From assembly GCA_002269645.1 (NCBI GenBank), contig NIVC01000426.1, positions 437,029 to 501,028 of the forward strand: DNA of 64,000 bases, in the 5' to 3' direction. This stretch comes from Macrostomum lignano (lineage: Eukaryota). The notes under the pieces are model-generated. The model was not told the origin of the DNA, searched no databases, and saw nothing but the letters and a program-made list of their open reading frames with translations. Position numbers and translations under genes: made by a program. The first letter of the stretch is position 1; every line of letters begins with the position of its first letter. Positions 56,501 through 64,000 of the stretch are shown here, piece after piece.

Positions 56501-59500
56501 TTTCCAACTGAAATTTGGTTAGAACACTTGGAATACACTGTGTAGACTGCGTGAGCCGCGCCAACAATGCCCGCCACCAGTGCGCTCAAAATTGAGAACT
56601 CCCAGCCGGAAACGGCTCCTTCTCTCCCTCTCTGACTGCTTCGTCGGCCTGATCCTTTTTAAAAAAGTCAGTCTCCACGCAGGTGGGGCCTCATCAGTGT
56701 TGGAATGGGATCCGTCAGGGCAGGATATCCTCTTCAGAGTCTGGCTGAATCCACTGGGTCTCTTCATTAGTTCTCCACCTGAGGTGCTCCGATTCAATTC
56801 CCTCAGAATTCTGGCCTGAGATGAGGCTGAGGCGGGCGGGCCAGCGTTCCCATTGTGAGCTGGGATTCTCCAATTTTCTTTAACAAAAGAACCAGCAGCC
56901 AGCCAGAGATCCCAGCGCGCGGTGCTAAACCGCTTTAACAGGATTCATCCATAGCCTCTGGCTTGAGTTCGGGTGTGTTGCGCAGATTCCGAGTCGAGAA
57001 TGCGGAGAGCGAGAGGATCGGAGTTGAAAAAAGAGGAGAAACAAGGAGGGGAGAGGAGGGGAGGAGGGACACGCGTCACTCAAAGTCTTCTATGCAGACT
57101 GGTGCAGTGGCGGAGTCCCTGTCCGGCCGATCAATAAGTATCGATATTGGGCTGATCTCTGCAAGCAAGTTTTTTTTACTTTTTTTACTCTGCAGGGCAG
57201 CGCTGGCTGTCTACGTAATTTAATTGACTTGTGCCGGGCGGGAGACAGCCCCCCCCCCCCTGCAGGCGTGCCTCCATCGACAGGCACTTGTTGACTAGTG
57301 GCTGTCCGAAGGGGGTTGTGATTGCCACCTCAATGTCCTCATGATCCTCCAGTGTCTGTCACTGCTGCTGCCACCTCAATGTCCTCATGATCCTCCAGTG
57401 TCTGTCACTGCTGCTGCCGCCTCAATGTCCTCATGATCCTCCAGTGTCTGTCACTGCTGCTGCCACCTCAATGTCCTCATGATCCTCCAGTGTCTGTCAC
57501 TGCTGCTGCCGCCTCAATGTCCTCATGATCCTCCAGTGTCTGTCACTGCTGCTGCCGCCTCAATGTCCTCATGATCCTCCAGTGTCTGTCACTGCTGCTG
57601 CCACCTCAATGTCCTCATGATCCTTCAGTGTCTGTCACTGCTGCTGCCACCTCAATGTCCTCATGATCCTTCAGTGTCTGTCACTGCTGCTGCCACCTCA
57701 ATGTCCTCATGATCCTTCAGTGTCTGTCACTGCTGCTGCCACCTCAATGTCCTCATGATCCTTCAGTGTCTGTCACTGCTGCTGCCACCTCAATGTCCTC
57801 ATGATCCTTCAGTGTCTGTCACTGCTGCTGCCGCCTCAATGTCCTCATGATCCTCCAGTGTCTGTCACTGCTGCTGCCACCTCAATGTCCTCATGATCCT
57901 CCAGTGTCTGTCACTGCTGCTGCCACCTCAATGTCCTCATGATCCTTCAGTGTCTGTCACTGCTGCTGCCACCTCAATGTCCTCATGATCCTTCAATGTC
58001 TGTCACTGCTGCTGCCACCTCAATGTCCTCATGATCCTTCAGTGTCTGTCACTGCTGCTGCCACCTCAATGTCCTCATGATCCTTCAGTGTCTGTCACTG
58101 CTGCTGCCGCCTCAATGTCCTCATGATCCTCCAGTGTCTGTCACTGCTGCTGCCACCTCAATGTCCTCATGATCCTCCAGTGTCTGTCACTGCTGCTGCC
58201 ACCTCAATGTCCTCATGATCCTTCAGTGTCTGTCACTGCTGCTGCCACCTCAATGTCCTCATGATCCTTCAATGTCTGTCACTGCTGCTGCCACCTCAAT
58301 GTCCTCATGATCCTTCAGTGTCTGTCACTGCTGCTGCCACCTCAATGTCCTCATGATCCTTCAGTGTCTGTCACTGCTGCTGCCACCTCAATGTCCTCAT
58401 GATCCTTCAGTGTCTGTCACTGCTGCTGCCACCTCAATGTCCTCATGATCCTTCAGTGTCTGTCACTGCTGCTGCCGCCTCAATGTCCTCATGATCCTCC
58501 AGTGTCTGTCACTGCTGCTGCCGCCTCAATGTCCTCATGATCCTCCAGTGTCTGTCACTGCTGCTGCCACCTCAATGTCCTCATGATCCTTCAATGTCTG
58601 TCACTGCTGCTGCCGCCTCAATGTCTTCAGTGGTGCCGTGCCGCCATGGCCCCGGATGTTTCAATTCGCCTTTAATTTCGCCCTCTTTGCCCACAGTGCA
58701 ATGTCAATCATCCAGAAGTGCATGCATCAGAAGTTCTACTAAAAAGCAGTCATGTATTTCGCATGCACTTGTACACCCCTATAGCCGTGTCTCTGCAAGA
58801 GAGGTAGGAGAGAGAAGTCGCTGGGCAGGGGCAAAGAATGGCTAAGTGAATTCACACACTTTGCGGGAGTCGCCTGGAACACCGGAAGTGAGCGCTGAGA
58901 AGCGGAGGGTACGGGGGAAGCAGATGTGTATGCGGATGGAGGCCCCAGTCTCCTCTCCTCTCACCGTGCCGTGCAACTTCTTCAACCATCGTTTTTCTCT
59001 CCTTCACGCAGCCAGCTGGTAGCCCCATTCTCGCACTCCACAGCGTATCACGTGAGTCACGCTGCATGCGGGAGGCGGACAGAATTTTGGCATACATAAA
59101 TGACTAAAGTGTGCAGAGTGAGTCTGCGCCCTCGCGACGGGACCGCCAGCACGCCTGTTTAACAGCAGTCGCTGTCAGGGGCATCTCATTGTTGAGCATG
59201 AGCACCGCAGAGTATGGAGCGAGAGAGAGAGAGAGCGGATGGAGAAGATTTGGATTAGAGGGATTTGGGCTTAGACTGCGGACTGCTGCCCTTCCCCCTC
59301 CTCCTTGCCCTTCCCAGGTGAGGCGCAGCGCCAGCGATGGCGGAGGCTGAGGCTGGGCTTTTGTCAGCAACTGACAGGTCATGTTTTATGCAGCTGCCGG
59401 TGCCGCTTTGCTCTGCGCTGCTCCCACAGCTGAGCAGGTGGCTGAGCCCGGCAGACTCAGTGGCGGCTATTATACTGCCAGAGCTGCTGCTCAAGGTGAG

Positions 59501-62500
59501 GCCACCAAGCGGCATTCATATTTCATGCGCAAACGCAAATGGACGGGGGGCGTCGGTGCCGCATCATCGGTCCCGCTCTCAGAGCAGCTTCAAACAGCTC
59601 CACAACACTCCTCCCTGACTCAATTGTTCCTCTTTCTGATGGAGTTTATTTTTTGTGCGAGAGATTTCCAATAGATAGCAGAGTCCAGAGTCTTCGCTGT
59701 AAGAGACCGTCGATATGGATTGAAGCCTAATAGTTAGAGTGTCGGGGGTTCGATTCCCGACCCACTCGGAACAATTTGTGTCCTTGAGCAAGACACTTAA
59801 CTCTGCACTGCTTCAGTTCACCCAGCTGTAAAATGGGTTCCAGCATTAGCTGGAGTAATTGAGGCTGTGTGGCGACCCCCCAGTCTTTGGACTGAACAGC
59901 CGTACGCAGCTTTCAGATGCGGGCAGGTGTGATCAATTATTTATCATTATTAGAGTCCAGGTATCGATGGCTAGCCTATGAAAGCTCGGCCCCAACTCGT
60001 ATTAGATGTGTCAGCTGAGCTCAATTCGCCTGAAAGAAAGACAGAGTCAGAGTCAGAGTCAGAGTCAGAGAGAGGGGCATCTGAGAAGACAGATCTAGGC
60101 AACAACTTGTGCGATGTTTGCACAATGATGCTCCGTCTATATTGTATCTCAGAAAATTGCAGTCACGAACAGTACGCCTCCCAACCTCTCAGCATTTCCT
60201 GGCTCCGATAGAGAGCTCGGCTCGTGTGGAAGAGCCTCGGTTTCTTGTATTATCCGAGTACAACTGTGTTTATACACCAGTACATCCACTATACTCTTCT
60301 GGCGTGACAGTTGGTCAGCAGTCAGCACCCTGGCAGGTAGCTACGGTTGCCTGTAGAAAGTCAGGGCTGCTGTACACCCTGTGTGAGCGTGTGTGTGAGT
60401 GCGTGCGGACAGTATTGACACGCTTGGATGCGCTCCCAATGCCGTTGGCTGTTGCGTTGGCGCTGCACCAACTTTGCTAACCCCTGAGCACCAGGAAACA
60501 AACAGGAGGGAGAAAAATTAGATTGAAAAGAGAAGAGCGGAGAGACAGAGACCGATGACGGACGTGCTTAGAAGTCTGGCCTGATCATCTCAGCTCAGCT
60601 CTGTCTGTAATAACTCAGGCCACCGCACAAGCACCTCATTGTGAGCCGCCACTTCTGCTCTCCGTATGCATGCCCTCTCCCCCTCTCTTTCCGCTTCCTA
60701 CGCCATCATTTTTATCGATTTCTTGTTTCCTTTTTGCCTCCAGGCGGCTGCTCCTCCCATCCCTCTGGTGTAGGTCGGTGCTGGGGGGGGGGGGGGTAAA
60801 AAAGCGGAGGGATGAGTTTTGGGTTGGACCACGACAGGGCCAAGCTGTATAGCAGCGATCCATTGTCATGCAATGCGTTCAACTCTGCTGCTGCTGCTGC
60901 TGCTGCTTCTAGCGCTGCTGCAGAGAGGTGGAGAGATAGCCAGGGGGGGGGGAGAAAGACCCTATATGGTATGGAATGCAACATTCTTCTGATATTTAGA
61001 GAGTGACAGAGTGAGAGAGGTGCCTTGCGTTCCCTTCTCAGACAGGATACTAACAAGAGTTCTGCCCTCCTTTCACCCTCAACTCACCCCTTCACCTCCA
61101 ACCATATACAGCTTTCATCATTCTTTCTATAGCTTTATGGGGAAAATGGGCTTTGAATGGAAAAACAGCGTTGTGGAGGAGGGCGGGGACATTGAGACAC
61201 GCGCTATTGTGGGCGCCTCTCATTCTGCATGGAAAGTCGGGGAACAAGAGTTCCATTAGGAGAGAGAGAGAGAGAGGCTGATGCTGAAGTGAAGATAAGG
61301 ATGATGAGGCTTGATTATGTTTTTTTAACAAAATTTCTCTATTGCACCATTTTCGACGTTGCCCTGCATAGTTGCCACCTCTATGCCCAGGCAATATCAC
61401 TCAGCGAAAAGCAGAAAATTTGTTTTTGTCCATCGTCTCTCATCCAGCAGCTCTATGCAATCAAAAACCCCACTCTATAGCCAAAGATAGTTGAAACGCA
61501 ACTAAGGGATGTTAATGAGATTAGAATGCGATGGCCTGAAAGCTATTAAAGCAATTTATGATCCCGGGATCCGTAGCCACGCCATTGCTGTAGCATCACT
61601 ATAACAATGAGGGGCTGTAGCCTAGTGGATAGAGCGTCGGACTCAACGATTAAAAGGTTGGGGTTCGATTCCCGACCCACTCGGAACAGTTTGTGTCCTT
61701 GAGCAAGACACTTAACTCTGCATTGCTTCAGTTCACCCAGCTGTAAAATGGGTGCCAGCTGGGGGAATTGAGGGTGTGTGGCGACCCCCCAGTCCTTGGA
61801 CTGAACTGCCGTACGCAGCCTTCAGATGCGCCGCGCAATAGCTGCGGCTGAGCTGTCGGCTGCCCAATTGGGGCAGGTGTAATTAATTATTATTAATATT
61901 AATATTATCGCTACAGCAGCTTAAAGCTGCAGAAGTCAAAAGGAAAATACTTCTTATTTCGATTGCGCTAAATGCATTCTGCATCTTTCTATTTGAGTTG
62001 TCCATGAAACAAGCATGCGTGATCAGCATCGATCGCCAATAATCATTGTATAGAACTCTTCCGGACTCCAACTGGAGCGCTCTGCACTTTTTTGACTTCT
62101 CCTCCAGCTCCTGCTGCTGCAAATTTGGCCAGTGCTTTTCTCAAGAAGAGATTCCTCCCAGAACTCGGCCGCCTCCTACCCCCAATTTACACTGCGCTGG
62201 GGGGGGGTATCTTCCTGGCCACCGCCAAGCCGGCCTCCCATCTCATCCTCCTATTTCATTTCTCGATCTCTTCAATCCCAGGCCCGCTCTCCCCTGCCTG
62301 CTTCTACGGACTCTCTGATTGCCTGAATTCTGGCCATCGATTTGGCTCTCACTATATTATATCTATACATATGCATACCAGTGCGCCAAGTGCGTACTTA
62401 TTACGCATTGGATTATATACATTTATATATACATATCTATCTGGGCTAAGCGCTGGCGCTATATTAAGGTGCCGCTGGTGGGATAGCAGCAGCTCCGGCA

Positions 62501-63197
62501 TAAATTAGGGGGGGGAGCACAACCGCGGCGCTCAGCGGCAACGGCAAAACTTCACTTACCAATCCTCATTCCTCATTGCCCCCGCTTAGCTACCCTTAGC
62601 TTATCTACCGAAGCTCATTAACATATTTTTAATTTTATGCCGCGTCGCCCTTATCAAAGTAATTTCAACCATTATAGCAAACTTTGCCGCAGTCGGTCCT
62701 CGCGGGACCAACTCTTGAAAGTGTTAAATTAAAATGGCAGCATTTATGCTCTCTGCCTGATTACATCCGGCTTTTTAAAAATCGCAAAATAGAATGTTGA
62801 TGGAAAAATTTCAATTTAATTACCGAATTGCTTTTTTTCTGCTTTTTTAAAGCAAATTCAACGCGCAGCAGAGAGGCAAATAGGAAATTGTCGTTTAAAA
62901 GCTAAGTAAACAAATTGAAACCGATTTTAAATGCTGTTATGAAGCTACTTATTAGATTGAATTTTACTCCTGAAGCGAATAGTCAACTACGCTTTAAAAG
63001 TTCAAGACAATCAAGAAGTCAAACCTGGAGGCTGCGGTGGCTTCCTGACTGCCAGTTTGGTCCGGATGGTTCTCGAGCCCAGCAGCTGGCCGTTCATCTT
63101 TTGCATCGCCTCCTCCGCTTCCTCCCTGTTGGCGTAGGCCACGAAACCGTAGCCTTTTGGCTTCTGGGTGTGCATATCCTTGATGATCTTGCACTCG
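53501..63197 (-). CDS. TIA1/TIAL1: TIA1/TIAR-like RNA-binding protein, 5'-partial: complement join(53501..53648,54142..54326,55697..55899,56380..56475,63025..63197)
   Basis: RRM2 half ECKIIKDMHTQKPKGYGFVAYANREEAEEAMQKMNGQLLGSRTIRT..RKPP, linker KPLNYDEV..SNCTVYVGGI, RRM3 [38 protein letters not shown], then a Tyr/Gln/Ala-rich low-complexity tail. Phases are consistent. The first visible exon starts in phase 2, so the upstream exons lie outside the window. Confidence 0.92.
53740..54130. repeat. Minisatellite, about 59-bp unit (ATGGCCGAGACCCCCACCTGCACCATTCATGCAGCCCCATGCACCCTGACACACTGTCT), with some shorter units
   Basis: Copies at 53752, 53811 and onward, in the last TIA1-like intron. Confidence 0.9.
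54762..55685. repeat. Minisatellite, 27-bp unit (GGCTATCAGTGACTGTGCCAGACAATT)
   Basis: 9-aa periodicity in the overlapping ORFs. Abuts the donor at 55696. Confidence 0.95.
55935..56350. repeat. Minisatellite, about 23-bp unit (TTTGGGATCGATCAGGATTGGGT and variants)
   Basis: Fills the intron between the two RRM3 exons. Confidence 0.9.
57320..58625. repeat. Minisatellite, 46-bp unit (CCACCTCAATGTCCTCATGATCCTTCAGTGTCTGTCACTGCTGCTG)
   Basis: About 28 near-identical copies by length. Confidence 0.97.
59719..59935 (+). mobile_element. CORE-type SINE, copy 2 (internal deletion in the tRNA head)
   Basis: GGTTCGATTCCCGACCCACTCGGAACAATTTGTGTCCTTGAGCAAGACACTTAACTCTGCACTGCTTCAGTTCACCCAGCTGTAAAATGGG plus the shared tail. 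Confidence 0.85.
61611..61895 (+). mobile_element. CORE-type SINE, copy 3 (most complete, with an ATT-rich tail)
   Basis: GGGGCTGTAGCCTAGTGG (A box), GGTTCGATTCC (B box), the CORE-like segment, the shared 3' region and an AATTAATTATTATTAAT tail. Confidence 0.88.
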
Positions 63198-64000
63198 CTG
63201 CGATTTGGGCGCGGAAAGTGGGGGTTGTCAATCGATGCGTTGTCTATGGCCTATGTACAGTAGCTAAGTTTTACTGTATTGATGAGAGGGTTGTCGACTT
63301 AATCGATCGGTGTGTTGTCTATGGCCTATGCACATTAGCTAAATGTAACATGTACAGTTACGTTAAATTTTCTAAACCCCTTATAGCGCGAAGTAGCGTA
63401 AAAGAGCGTATGTACATTTATACTATATATGTACACTAAATACTTTACAATGGTTTTCTTGGCTTTGCAATGTACATTTAAACTATCTTTCTCTCTAGCA
63501 TAAGATTTTAAACCGCGTGAAACCTCAGTCAGGCCCATCAATAACCGCCGATCGGGCCCGGGAGTGCAATAATTACTAGCCGACATTAAAACCGGCCGAG
63601 AACGCTAAAAAAAGTTAAGCGAAGACCGCGAGTGTGAAGGTGAAAAAAGTTGAGCTATAGGTCGAGCAGATGATGATGGCTAAAGAAAACTGTGCGACGC
63701 GTGTGAGTAATGGCAGATAAATCGCGCAGGAGGATGGCTTTTGGCAATAAAAATGCCGAACCAAACGGACCAAACGGAAAAAAAACGTTGTCGTTCGGAT
63801 GCGGTAAGACTGCGCTGCTCTGCGGTGAGATGGAGCATTATTCAGTTCTCGATTTCTCTGTGGGAAAGCGGGAGGTCCTGGAGAAATGCGATAAGGCGCG
63901 CGGAGGAGAGATGAAACCACCGGCGCTGTCTTATCTTTCCTTGCACCGTTTTTATCCCCCCGTTTTGCCTCCTTCGCCCACTTAATTTTAATCGCAACCC

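Noticed and set aside
56519-56819. ORFs in the large TIA1-like intron as a possible extra exon
   Set aside because: The RKPPQPP-A-DQKPLNYDEV junction is already complete and in phase without them, and they show no family similarity.

Overview
This is eukaryotic (animal) genomic DNA with spliceosomal GT-AG introns, not a prokaryotic window. The GC-rich Ala/Gln-run coding style and the minisatellite-filled introns suggest a flatworm such as Macrostomum, but that is inference only. I reconstructed seven protein-coding genes by hand: a 4-exon Frizzled-5/8 receptor (+), an intronless degenerate-vWA orphan (-), a co-oriented run of ERGIC1, CHCHD2/10, CHMP3 and a 5-exon 3xCCCH/RWD-like/CHY zinc-finger gene (+), and the last five exons of a TIA1/TIAR-like RRM gene (-) whose 5' end lies beyond the window. 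Most long ORFs in the supplied track are read-throughs of tandem repeats and are not genes. The non-coding DNA holds about 25 tandem arrays, several MITEs with terminal inverted repeats (TIRs) and in some cases target-site duplications (TSDs), a long foldback palindrome, and tRNA-headed CORE-type SINEs. There is no CRISPR array, rRNA or intact tRNA. I found no clear-cut new system. The best leads are the poorly characterised CCCH-RWD-CHY protein, the pseudo-vWA orphan, Frizzled exon 1 embedded in a minisatellite, the intron-private minisatellite pattern, a possible trans-spliced operon, and two dsRNA-forming foldbacks. All coordinates were counted by eye; repeat boundaries are approximate.
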